This document shows positions 1 to 8,578 of a stretch of 44,025 nt of DNA, piece after piece. The notes beneath the pieces were generated by a model. That model saw only the letters and a program-made list of their open reading frames with translations, ran no database searches and was not told the DNA's origin. A program made the position numbers and the translations under genes. The stretch spans positions 68,757 to 112,781 of the forward strand of contig CADAHF010000001.1 of NCBI GenBank assembly GCA_902787665.1, given 5' to 3'. The number at the start of each line of letters is the position of its first letter. The first letter of the stretch is position 1. The stretch is from an uncultured Pseudomonadota bacterium. GTDB lineage: Bacteria > Pseudomonadota > Alphaproteobacteria > Rs-D84.

Positions 1-1
1 T

Positions 2-886
2 ATGTTGCCAACATATTCTGTATTAAATGTTGCAAACGGCGATAAAGTTGCCGCAGGTGATGTCTTGGCACGTATTCCAGTTCAAACAAAGAGAACAAGC
101 GATATTACCGGCGGTTTGCCTCGCGTTGAAGAATTGTTGGAAGTTCGCCGTCCATCAACACCAGCATTGTTGGCGGAAATTGATGGAACGGTTGAATTGG
201 AAGATTCTAAATCGAAGATTATTATCCGTATTGAACCAAACGATGGTTCGGCACCAGTCGAATATGCTGTGGCTAAGGGTACAAACCTGTTGGTGCGCAG
301 TGGCGATGTTGTGCGTAAAGCGGATAAATTGGTCGATGGTGATCCGGTTCCACAAGACATCTTGCGTATCTTGGGTCAAAAAGAATTGGCACAATTTATG
401 GTCGAACAGATTCAGCAAGTTTATCGCTTGCAGGGCGTGTCAATCAACGATAAGCACATTGAAATTCTTATCCGCGAAATGACACGTCGTGTTGAAATCA
501 CAAATCCGGGTGATACTGGATTCTTGATGGGCCAGGTTGTTGACCGTGTTGATTTCGAAGAAGAAAATGCGCGTGTTGCACATGATGGTGGCCGTGTTGC
601 AGAGGCTTCACAAGTCCTGGTCGGTTTGACCCGTGCATCATTGACATCACGTTCGTTTATTTCGAATGCATCGTTCCAACAAACAACAAAGGTTTTGGTA
701 GATGCGGCTATATCGGGTTCAACTGATAAATTGGTCGGTATCAATGAAAACTTGATTGTTGGTCGTTTGATTCCAATTGGAACCGGGGCATATGTCCGCC
801 GTGTTCGTCAAATTGCCAAAGACGAAGAAAAAGCCGAAAAATTGGCTCGCGAAGGTGGCGAACAACAACAGTTGTTGGATATCTAA
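2..886 (+). CDS. rpoC: DNA-directed RNA polymerase beta' subunit, C-terminal part (5' end outside window)
   Basis: Motifs DITGGLPRVEELLE, VYRLQGVSINDKHIE, SFISNASFQQTT, GRLIPIGTG. Confidence 0.98.
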   Translation: MLPTYSVLNVANGDKVAAGDVLARIPVQTKRTSDITGGLPRVEELLEVRRPSTPALLAEIDGTVELEDSKSKIIIRIEPNDGSAPVEYAVAKGTNLLVRSGDVVRKADKLVDGDPVPQDILRILGQKELAQFMVEQIQQVYRLQGVSINDKHIEILIREMTRRVEITNPGDTGFLMGQVVDRVDFEEENARVAHDGGRVAEASQVLVGLTRASLTSRSFISNASFQQTTKVLVDAAISGSTDKLVGINENLIVGRLIPIGTGAYVRRVRQIAKDEEKAEKLAREGGEQQQLLDI

Positions 887-892
887 AAAAAA

Positions 893-925
893 TAAGTATC
901 GGTTGCGTTTTGCAACCGATACTTA
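893..925. terminator. Perfect 14-bp stem-loop after rpoC
   Basis: TAAGTATCGGTTGC-gtttt-GCAACCGATACTTA; no clear U-tract on + strand. Confidence 0.6.
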
Positions 926-935
926 GGTAATCACT

Positions 936-1334
936 ATGAGAGAAATTCCTGCGATTTTTTGTGACATTGACGGTGTGGTCGCTCATAAATGGGCGATTGC
1001 TGATTATGACCGTTTTGGTGAACCAAATGAAAATATGATTCGTGTTCTGGAAACATTGGGCCATGATTTTACAATCGTGTTCATTACTGGTCGTTGGGCG
1101 ATGGGTCAACAAAAGGTCGAAGATTTTATAGATGGTATTTTGCCAAATATAAAAAAACGTGTTTTCTGTAAACCACACACTTATCCAGGGACAACCGCAG
1201 AATTTAAATTGGAAACAGTTAAAAAATTAGAAGAAGAAGGATTTAAGTTCTATATTGGGTTTGATGATTTTACACCGGTGGTTGGGTTGTTGCATAACCA
1301 CGGTATGTTTGTCGCCCAGGTGGTATCGAATTAA
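936..1334 (+). CDS. HAD-superfamily phosphatase, polynucleotide-kinase 3'-phosphatase-like
   Basis: HAD motifs FCDIDGV, FITGR, K, GFDD; 132 aa, capless. Confidence 0.75.
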   Translation: MREIPAIFCDIDGVVAHKWAIADYDRFGEPNENMIRVLETLGHDFTIVFITGRWAMGQQKVEDFIDGILPNIKKRVFCKPHTYPGTTAEFKLETVKKLEEEGFKFYIGFDDFTPVVGLLHNHGMFVAQVVSN

Positions 1335-1398
1335 ACTTTTTCTTGCAAAACAAGAATAATTCTATAAAATAGCAATCATTAAAAAAAAGGATAGAAAA

Positions 1399-1548
1399 AT
1401 GGCAACGCCAAAAAGTAAAACAAGTAAAGCACGCAGCGCACAACGCCGCAGCCACGATGCATTGTCTGTAATGCCATGTGGTGTATGCAAAAAATGTGGC
1501 GAAAAGAAACGTCCACATCATGTTTGCCCAGCATGTGGTGCAAAATAA
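1399..1548 (+). CDS. rpmF: 50S ribosomal protein L32 (49 aa, Zn-ribbon form; absent from ORF track)
   Basis: Manual translation MATPKSKTSKARSAQRRSHDALSVMPCGVCKKCGEKKRPHHVCPACGAK; AAGGA RBS; directly upstream of plsX. Confidence 0.95.
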   Translation: MATPKSKTSKARSAQRRSHDALSVMPCGVCKKCGEKKRPHHVCPACGAK

Positions 1549-1614
1549 TAAACACTATCGTTTAACGGCAGAATGTGCGCAGGTGTGTGCGGTTCTGCTA
1601 TTTTTTTATTATTT

Positions 1615-2691
1615 ATGACAATGCAAGATACTGACAAAAAAATTATAGCGATTGATGCAATGAGCGGGGACAAAGGTCCACGCGCTGTCTTTGGTGGTAT
1701 AAACCAGTATTTGTATCAAAATGGCGAAGATCATGTTTTCTTTCGTGTATTTGGTGCCGCGCGCGCATTGCGTAAATTGTTGGCTAAATATCCACGTGTT
1801 GCCCGTAATTGTGAGATTATTGATGCGCCAGATGTTATTCGCGGAACAGATAAAATTCGTGAAGTATTGCGTCATGCACAAAACACATCAATGTATATGG
1901 CAATAAAAGATGTGCGCGAAGGTAAAAGCGCCGCGGTCATAAGTGCTGGGAACACCGGTGTTTTAATGTCTCTGTCGAAACTTGCATTAAAAACCATTGA
2001 TGGTATATCGCGTCCGGCAATTACAACAATGTTGCCATCTGGGGCGGGCGATGGTCGTGTTGTTATGCTTGATTTGGGTGCAAATGTTCAATGTGATGCG
2101 GGCAATTTATTTGACTTTGCAATTTTAGGCAGTGTTTATGCCGAAGTTATTGGTCATATGCCAAAACCAAAACTTGGTGTTTTGAATATTGGCGAAGAAG
2201 AAACCAAGGGTAATGAAACACTGCAACGTTTGAATCATGTGCTGACAGAAAACAAAGATAATTTACCGTATGAATATATCGGTTTTGTTGAAGCAAACGA
2301 TATTTCAGCTGGTGTGGTCCAGGTTGTTGTGACAGACGGCTTTACCGGTAATGTTGTGTTAAAGACAGTCGAAGGAACTGCAAAACTTATTAAGCGCGTT
2401 ATTACCGAAAATTTCAAGAAGTCAATATTGGCTATAATTGGTGCATTTTTCTTGGTTCATGTGTTTAAACGTCTTAAACATAAAATTGATCCACGTTCGT
2501 ATGCAGGCGCAACATTTTTAGGTTTAAATGGTTTTTCGTTCAAAACGCACGGAAACAGCGATGCGCTGGCGTTTGCAAATGCGATTAAGTATGCGGCAGA
2601 TTTAGTACACGCTGATTTAAATGGCTTGATTGCAAAGTATGCATCAGATGTTGCAAATGTACGCGATAAATTACAAGAAGAAGCAGAATAA
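1615..2691 (+). CDS. plsX: Phosphate acyltransferase PlsX (start 1615 or 1621)
   Basis: IAIDAMSGD, SAGNTG, LDLGAN, NIGEEETKG, VTDGFTGN, KTHG; rpmF-plsX synteny. Confidence 0.95.
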   Translation: MTMQDTDKKIIAIDAMSGDKGPRAVFGGINQYLYQNGEDHVFFRVFGAARALRKLLAKYPRVARNCEIIDAPDVIRGTDKIREVLRHAQNTSMYMAIKDVREGKSAAVISAGNTGVLMSLSKLALKTIDGISRPAITTMLPSGAGDGRVVMLDLGANVQCDAGNLFDFAILGSVYAEVIGHMPKPKLGVLNIGEEETKGNETLQRLNHVLTENKDNLPYEYIGFVEANDISAGVVQVVVTDGFTGNVVLKTVEGTAKLIKRVITENFKKSILAIIGAFFLVHVFKRLKHKIDPRSYAGATFLGLNGFSFKTHGNSDALAFANAIKYAADLVHADLNGLIAKYASDVANVRDKLQEEAE

Positions 2692-2718
2692 AAAAACCGG
2701 CAAGTGCCGGTTTTTTTT
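2690..2718. terminator. Bidirectional intrinsic terminator between plsX and ihfA
   Basis: A-tract CCGGCA-AG-TGCCGG T-tract between convergent genes. Confidence 0.85.
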
Positions 2719-2735
2719 ATTTTATCATACTTTGT

Positions 2736-3026
2736 TTATTTTTTATCTGCGACACGTTCACGGAATTCTGCACTTGGGCGAAAAGACACAACACGACGTG
2801 CAGAGATTACCGCAGGTGCGCCTGTTTTTGGATTGCGACCCATACGTGCCGATTTAGCCAAGATTTTAAATGTTCCAAATCCAGCAAATTTAACCTCTTC
2901 GCCATTGATAAGTGATTCACAAATTTCATCAAATACAACATCAACCAATTTGTTTGCGTCGGTGGTAGTAAATCCAAAACGTTCACGCAATCTGTTTGCA
3001 AAATCTGTTCTTGTAATTGTTGCCAT
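2736..3026 (-). CDS. ihfA: Integration host factor alpha / HU-family DNA-binding protein
   Basis: VKFAGFGTF, RMGRNPKTG, ISARRVVSFRPS. Confidence 0.85.
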   Translation of the reverse strand: MATITRTDFANRLRERFGFTTTDANKLVDVVFDEICESLINGEEVKFAGFGTFKILAKSARMGRNPKTGAPAVISARRVVSFRPSAEFRERVADKK

Positions 3027-3122
3027 TTTCTTTTTCCTTATGTTTCTTTATCGCGTTGTTATTATAGTCCTTAGTATTATGTCTTGCAATATCAAAATCA
3101 AGGAATAAAATATATTCCAATC

Positions 3123-3198
3123 GTCCCCATAGTTCAACAGGATAGAATAGGGGTTTCCTAAACCCTTGAAGCAGGTTCGAATCCTGCTGGGGACACCA
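3123..3198 (+). tRNA. tRNA-Arg (CCT)
   Basis: Acceptor GTCCCCA/TGGGGAC, anticodon loop TTCCTAA, T-loop TTCGAAT, encoded CCA. Confidence 0.95.
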
Positions 3199-3221
3199 AA
3201 AACAGATATAAGGAAATAAAA

Positions 3222-3551
3222 ATGTCAAAGAAAGCTGTTGGTATTGGAATAATTGCGTCTATTTTGCCGCATTTGTTTTGTTGTGTTTTGCCGATTGTGT
3301 TGTCGGTAATTGGTCTTGTTGCGCCAGATTTTGCACATTCAAAAATTATGCCAGAATGGGCGGAACCATGGCTTTTTGTTTTTTCGGCAGTAATGTTAGG
3401 TATTTCTTGGTTTTTGGTTGTTCGTGAATGCAGATGCGAATGCGACCATTGTCACGGGGAACATTCACACGAAACATCAAAAATAATACTGGTTATAATT
3501 ACGATATTGTTTGTGGTTAGTACGATATTGCACCTGATTGTGCATCATTAA
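3222..3551 (+). CDS. Small 3-TM membrane protein, MerC/MerT-like, with Cys/His-rich loop
   Basis: HLFCCVLP in TM1; loop CRCECDHCHGEHSH; three hydrophobic segments. Confidence 0.55.
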   Translation: MSKKAVGIGIIASILPHLFCCVLPIVLSVIGLVAPDFAHSKIMPEWAEPWLFVFSAVMLGISWFLVVRECRCECDHCHGEHSHETSKIILVIITILFVVSTILHLIVHH

Positions 3552-5134
3552 ACAAATTTTTCAGGCATTAATTTGCAGATGTTTTTCCATATTCTGCGGA
3601 ATATAGTGGTGTCGGGGCTGTGATAGTATGTGTGTGGCGTGGCATCTGTTCGGTGTTGACCGTCCCAGCGAACATCATCGCCATCAATGGTGACATGCCA
3701 CGAAGTTTTTGTGTCGTCAATAATCATATCGCGCAGTTTTGCGGCGAATTCAGGACTTTCGAATATTGCGACATTTTCAGTATTGTAATAGGCGCTGCGT
3801 GGGTCCAGGTTAAAACTGCCAATCCACGAAATTTTATCGTCAAACACAATCGATTTGCTGTGCAGAACCGAAAAACCGCGTGCCTGACGTGCGCGACCAT
3901 GCTTTTTCGCACGCAGATTTTCCGCCGACAACATAAATTCATAAACATCTGCGCCCGATTTAATCAGTTCTGTGCGGTATTTTTCCCATTTTGCATAAAC
4001 GGATGCTGAATTTGTCGAAGACAATGAATTTGTAACGATTGTCACATGTACCCCAGAATTTTCTTCGCGCCGTATGTGCTCAAGCCCGCCCATGCCCGGC
4101 ACAAAGTATGCCGCCGATAAATACACAGATTGATTTGTTTTTGACCACAGGTCTTGCAGGGTTTTTATAATTTCGCCCCGATATGCTTCTTTTTGTGCCA
4201 TCGTCATTTCGACTTTGGACGGTGGATCGGCTATGAAAGTCCCGTGCCCCCAACTGAAATCGAGTTTATGTTGTTTGAATTCGCGCACGGCCAGTGATAT
4301 TACGGTGTTGTAAAGACGCTTTTCAACCGCACCACTGTTTTCTATTTCATCAAATTTCCGTTCAAGTTTTTGCATGGCGCGTTTCGTTTTTGCTTTTGGA
4401 AACACTGATGCAGGTATGGACAGTTTATGATTCCAGTATTCATCAAACGATTTTGTTGCGTATTTTGTCATTGCACCGATAAACAAAACATCGGTGTCTG
4501 AAAAGTTCGCCGATGTTTCCGGATAAAAATAGTTGCTGCCGATATTGCGACCACCGGTAATATATGCGACATTGTCCACGATAAACAGTTTGTTGTGCAT
4601 ACGGGAATTAAGACGGTTAAAGTCCATAAACAGTTGTGGCAAGAACAAAAAGCGCGAACGGTTTCGCACAGTATTAAATACTTTTACTTCTATATTAGGG
4701 TGTTGGTTCAACAGCATTACATCGGCGACATCTGACTTTGTGCCATAGTCATCAAGTAATATTCGCACCTTGACCCCACGGTCGGCGGCGCTTTTTAATT
4801 CGCCAATTAAAACCTTGGACGTTAAATCATTACTATATATATATGTTTGCAAATCGATGGTCTTGGTTGCCATACGCGCAAATGCAGCCCGCATAACAAA
4901 AGCCGATATGCCGTCGTCGATTAATGTTGCGCCACTTATGTCAGTGCCATTTGTCAATTCATTTATATAGCATTGGGCGATTGGTGTCTGCATTGGGTCA
5001 TAGTTAAAATCATCAGCAGTGATTTTTGGAACATAATTATTAAGTCTGTTGTCATGTGTATCGGTCGGTACGGTCGTGCACCCAACCAATGGCAACGCAA
5101 GCAAACACCAAGAAAGTTTTGTTGATAATAACAC
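3548..5134 (-). CDS. Phospholipase D family lipoprotein (cardiolipin synthase ClsC/YmdC-like)
   Basis: Two HKD motifs (HNKLFIVD, HSKSIVFD), GGRNIG, GSFNLDPRS; lipobox LVGC; GTG start with AAGGA RBS. Confidence 0.88.
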   Translation of the reverse strand: MLLSTKLSWCLLALPLVGCTTVPTDTHDNRLNNYVPKITADDFNYDPMQTPIAQCYINELTNGTDISGATLIDDGISAFVMRAAFARMATKTIDLQTYIYSNDLTSKVLIGELKSAADRGVKVRILLDDYGTKSDVADVMLLNQHPNIEVKVFNTVRNRSRFLFLPQLFMDFNRLNSRMHNKLFIVDNVAYITGGRNIGSNYFYPETSANFSDTDVLFIGAMTKYATKSFDEYWNHKLSIPASVFPKAKTKRAMQKLERKFDEIENSGAVEKRLYNTVISLAVREFKQHKLDFSWGHGTFIADPPSKVEMTMAQKEAYRGEIIKTLQDLWSKTNQSVYLSAAYFVPGMGGLEHIRREENSGVHVTIVTNSLSSTNSASVYAKWEKYRTELIKSGADVYEFMLSAENLRAKKHGRARQARGFSVLHSKSIVFDDKISWIGSFNLDPRSAYYNTENVAIFESPEFAAKLRDMIIDDTKTSWHVTIDGDDVRWDGQHRTDATPHTYYHSPDTTIFRRIWKNICKLMPEKFV

Positions 5135-5275
5135 TCTTTTTCCTTTGCGCTGGGATTATATCAATATTAAACCACAACACAAGATATTTCATATCGTTTT
5201 TAATAGAATAGGAAAAGGTGCTTAAAGTTAATAGAAGCATATATAAAATTTTTTTAATTTTTTGTTATTTTTCTC

Positions 5276-5304
5276 TTGTGTGACTTGGGTATATATGATA
5301 AAAT
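5276..5304 (+). promoter_or_regulatory. Candidate sigma70 promoter for the 752-aa secreted protein
   Basis: TTGTGT-N17-TAAAAT with TG extended -10. Confidence 0.45.
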
Positions 5305-5333
5305 GAAGCATACTAGAAGGGAAGGAATACGCT

Positions 5334-7592
5334 ATGAAAAGACTTGTTATTATATTAGGTGGATTGCTGGCATTGCCCGCATTTGCTGAGGTTGCGCCGT
5401 TTTATTATGATGGTGTAACTGAATATGCAGACACTGAAATGAACGATGGTGGTGCTGTCGTTGGTGACGAAATTGTTGCCGAAGAAAATTCGATTGCTGC
5501 ACCTGTTGTTCCATCTCGGCCGGCTGCTCGTGCAAGTGCAACGCGAAATGCGTCGCGTGCAACACCGTCGAATGTAACGACTGGTAATCGTGTGTCGAAT
5601 TCTCGTGTGGTTGCATCTCGTGGTGCAACGGGTGCTGTGACTGCTCGCAGTGCTGGAACACAACGTGCAACTGTTGCGCGTGCTGGTACGACTACATTGA
5701 CGACTTCTGGCGGTTCCCTGTATTTACCAAATAATACTGGTCGTGTTGGTGTTCGTGCGGCTGGATCTGTGGCGCGTGCGCCATCGGTTTCTGTATCGAA
5801 TACAACAACCGCAACGGCTGATACTGTCAAGGAAGCGACCGAAAACTTGGATAATTTGATGGAATTGACCGATTATTGCAAGGCGCAATATACCGCGTGT
5901 ATGGATAATTTCTGCAATGTCTTGGATGATAACCAGGGTCGTTGCTCTTGCAGCAAAAATGTCAAGAATTATGAAAAAACCGAAGATGCGTTGCGTGCCG
6001 CAACCGAAGAATTACAGGATGTTGCACAACGTATTCAGTATATCGGTTTGACTAATGAAGAAATTACAACTTTGTTTGCTGAAACCGAAGCGGAAACCGC
6101 GATGCAAAGCAAATCTGATAACAGTAAGTTGAAAAGTGACCTTGATCGTATTAAAAATATGATTGTTGGTGTTAAAACTGGTTCTGCAAGTGCGATTGGC
6201 GATACCGCCGGTATCAGTTTAGATTTGTCGAATCTGTTAAGTTTCAATATCGATTCAACCGGATTTGATTTGTCAGCATTGTTTGGAACACAATCACAAA
6301 ATACATCGTCCATTGGTAATCAACGTGGTGAAGCATTGTATAAAAGTGCGGCTGCACGTTGCAAATCTGCGGTGCTGACACAATGCGCGGCCCAGGGTGT
6401 TGATTCCGGGGTTATTGTGAATTCGTATGATGTTGAAATTGATAAACAATGCATCCTTTATGAACGTGCATTGACCGATTCGAATACACAGATGTCTGCA
6501 ACCGTGCGTAATGCAAAAACCGTTTTACAGAAAGCGCGTTTGATGGTTGCCCAACAAAAGAATCAATATGATTTGCGTGGATGCATCAGTGCATTGGATT
6601 CTTGTATGCAAGATGACTATGTATGCGGAACCGATTACGAAGATTGTTTGGACCCAACCGGCAAATATATTGTAGACGGTAAAGTTGTTGTTGGTTCAAA
6701 GCCAGGTTTGTCTGGTGGTGATTGGGCCAGTGACGCTGCAACCAATACAACAAGTGGTCTTTATCAGACGTGGAATGTTAATGGTAATGGCCAAAATATT
6801 TGGGCACCGGCAGAAGGGGCGCCAAAACCATATACATTGACGAATTATATAGATGAAACTGTGGAATTAGCTGCTGCTAAGGACAGTAGTTCTGGTGAAA
6901 TGTCTGTATTCTTGCAGAACAAGTTGGGATATAATGAAAATGGCAAGAATTATGGTATGTGCATTTCCATCTTGAACAAATGTCAAGATTATACATATGT
7001 AAACGGTACCTATAATGCGGAAAACAGTGTAATCAAGAATTATATGCAACGTGCATTCCGTCAGATTAAATCGGCACAAGATGAAGTTTTGGCGAACTAT
7101 GCATCAAGTTGCTTGTCTGATGTCACTTCTTGCTTAAGCCAGAACCGTTACGCGTATGATAACACCACGGATAATAACTATTCAGATGTTGCTATCCGTG
7201 CTTGCTTACCAGTTATCAATACATGTCGTTCGGTAACACTGGGTACACAAGACGATGTAGATTTGACCGAAGCTAAAGAATGGCTGGACACCTCTGGGAT
7301 AGCAAAGTATAGCAACCAAGGTATCTGTGAAGCTTCTCATGGAAGTTGGAATGCTACATCAAAATCATGTATGTGTAACTCAACAGCTTTGTTAGAAAAT
7401 GTCACAAAAGACAACAAGGTTGTATCATGTAAGTGTCCAGAGGCTACACCTGCGTGGAGTACTACCAGTGGAAAATGTGTGACTCAGGCACAAGCAAATT
7501 GTGAAGGTGATGATGGTTCGTGGAGTGGCTCAACATGTGCTTGTGGCACAGGCAAGGAATGGGATACGACTAGTTTGCACTGCAAAGCGTAA
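5334..7592 (+). CDS. Large secreted Cys-rich protein of unknown function (752 aa)
   Basis: Signal peptide (ALPAFA), Arg/Ala/Thr/Ser low-complexity tract, helical core with many Cys, C-terminal C-x4-GSW...CxC repeats; AAGGA RBS. Confidence 0.85.
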   Translation: MKRLVIILGGLLALPAFAEVAPFYYDGVTEYADTEMNDGGAVVGDEIVAEENSIAAPVVPSRPAARASATRNASRATPSNVTTGNRVSNSRVVASRGATGAVTARSAGTQRATVARAGTTTLTTSGGSLYLPNNTGRVGVRAAGSVARAPSVSVSNTTTATADTVKEATENLDNLMELTDYCKAQYTACMDNFCNVLDDNQGRCSCSKNVKNYEKTEDALRAATEELQDVAQRIQYIGLTNEEITTLFAETEAETAMQSKSDNSKLKSDLDRIKNMIVGVKTGSASAIGDTAGISLDLSNLLSFNIDSTGFDLSALFGTQSQNTSSIGNQRGEALYKSAAARCKSAVLTQCAAQGVDSGVIVNSYDVEIDKQCILYERALTDSNTQMSATVRNAKTVLQKARLMVAQQKNQYDLRGCISALDSCMQDDYVCGTDYEDCLDPTGKYIVDGKVVVGSKPGLSGGDWASDAATNTTSGLYQTWNVNGNGQNIWAPAEGAPKPYTLTNYIDETVELAAAKDSSSGEMSVFLQNKLGYNENGKNYGMCISILNKCQDYTYVNGTYNAENSVIKNYMQRAFRQIKSAQDEVLANYASSCLSDVTSCLSQNRYAYDNTTDNNYSDVAIRACLPVINTCRSVTLGTQDDVDLTEAKEWLDTSGIAKYSNQGICEASHGSWNATSKSCMCNSTALLENVTKDNKVVSCKCPEATPAWSTTSGKCVTQAQANCEGDDGSWSGSTCACGTGKEWDTTSLHCKA

Positions 7593-7627
7593 TAGACCTG
7601 GTCTAAGATTTTTCGCTACATAAAAAC

Positions 7628-7655
7628 AAACCGCCACTCAACAGAGTGGCGGTTT
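7628..7655. terminator. Bidirectional terminator inside the candidate invertible segment
   Basis: AAACCGCCACTC-aaca-GAGTGGCGGTTT. Confidence 0.8.
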
Positions 7656-7691
7656 AATACATATCAAATATGATTATTTTTCGCTATCAAA

Positions 7692-7748
7692 TTAGTCGCC
7701 CACATCGTAAGTGGTATTGATAGCATCATTTAGCCATTCTTTTGCTTC
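7692..7748 (-). other. Silent start-less alternative 3' cassette EAKEWLNDAINTTYDVGD*
   Basis: 57-nt open frame beginning with the repeat and ending in TAA; no ATG between the mraZ stop and the repeat. Confidence 0.65.
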
Positions 7749-7758
7749 TGAAGGGATT

Positions 7759-8205
7759 TTAACTAATCTTTAAATCTGGTCTTGCGTTATGCAGACGTGA
7801 TAATGCGCCGTTCTGCATTTTTGTAAATTCGTCAGGGTTCCAAATCTGAAAACTGGTTCCGCGACCAACAAATACTGCACGATCGGTTATGCCAGCATGC
7901 GCCAATAAATCAGCCGGAATCACAATACGTCCCGTTACGTCAAATTGTAATGGGCGGGCATCCGCAAATAGCATTGCCGATAAATCGTCCAATGTGCCGT
8001 CAAAAACGCCCATTTTATCGGTCGCAGACGCCAATTGTTCCATGCGTGACATTGATAACCCATCAATACATTTATTCGTAAAAGAACGGTATAAAACAAC
8101 GCCCATAAATTGTTCAGATGAAACGGCGGCGCGAAAAGATGCCGGGACGGAAATTCGACCCTTAGTGTCCAAACGATTTTCATAAGATGAGAGAAACAAT
8201 GACAT
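7759..8205 (-). CDS. mraZ: Transcriptional regulator MraZ
   Basis: Two SpoVT/AbrB motifs LDTKGRISVPASFR and FDVTGRIVIP; FQIWNP. Confidence 0.93.
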   Translation of the reverse strand: MSLFLSSYENRLDTKGRISVPASFRAAVSSEQFMGVVLYRSFTNKCIDGLSMSRMEQLASATDKMGVFDGTLDDLSAMLFADARPLQFDVTGRIVIPADLLAHAGITDRAVFVGRGTSFQIWNPDEFTKMQNGALSRLHNARPDLKIS

Positions 8206-8258
8206 TTCTTAATCTATCCTTAGGTCTTGTTGCCGGCATACACCCGCGCCACAATCGT

Positions 8259-8333
8259 AACCTAGCACACTGTTTTTTTGTTGTCAATGACAAATTATAA
8301 TTATTTTATGGGATTTTATGGTTTTGTATGTCA
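8259..8333 (-). promoter_or_regulatory. mraZ promoter plus putative MraZ operator repeats
   Basis: TTGACA(8287-8282)-N17-TAGGTT on -; 10-bp-period TATGGGA/TATGGTT/TATGTCA at 8307-8333. Confidence 0.55.
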
Positions 8334-8578
8334 AAAATAAATATTTTTAAATAAAATGAAAATATTTTATTTTTTCGCTTGACCTGCGATTCGTTTTTGT
8401 TCTATGATTGATGTATAGACAAGGAAGGAAACTTCAAAAAGCCCAGAAAACCGCCAAAAGCCGGATTTCTGCAAAAAACAAAAACGACGGGGAAAATTGA
8501 TTTCGTTATTTGTAAATACATCGTGTAAATACAAATCGACATCAATTTTACTTAAAAAAACAAAACGGAGGGACGCAC

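Larger units (their letters stand above)
7269..7748. repeat. Inverted repeat pair (16/17 bp) at 7269-7285 and 7732-7748 bounding a candidate invertible segment
   Basis: GAAGCTAAAGAATGGCT on + and GAAGCAAAAGAATGGCT on -; both encode EAKEWL. Confidence 0.75.

Noticed and set aside
1573-1614. N-terminal extension of PlsX, and similar extensions at 26107, 26627 and 28634
   Set aside because: The upstream starts run through hairpin or leader sequence; homology, signal peptides or RBS position point to 1615/1621, 26158, 26666 and 28724.
3198-5160. Genomic island integrated at tRNA-Arg
   Set aside because: No convincing duplicate of the tRNA 3' end (only GCTGGG near 5148) and no integrase.
8220-8578. 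RNase P RNA, often found near mraZ in Alphaproteobacteria
   Set aside because: Conserved GAGGAAAGUCC and AACCCGGCUUA segments not found on either strand.
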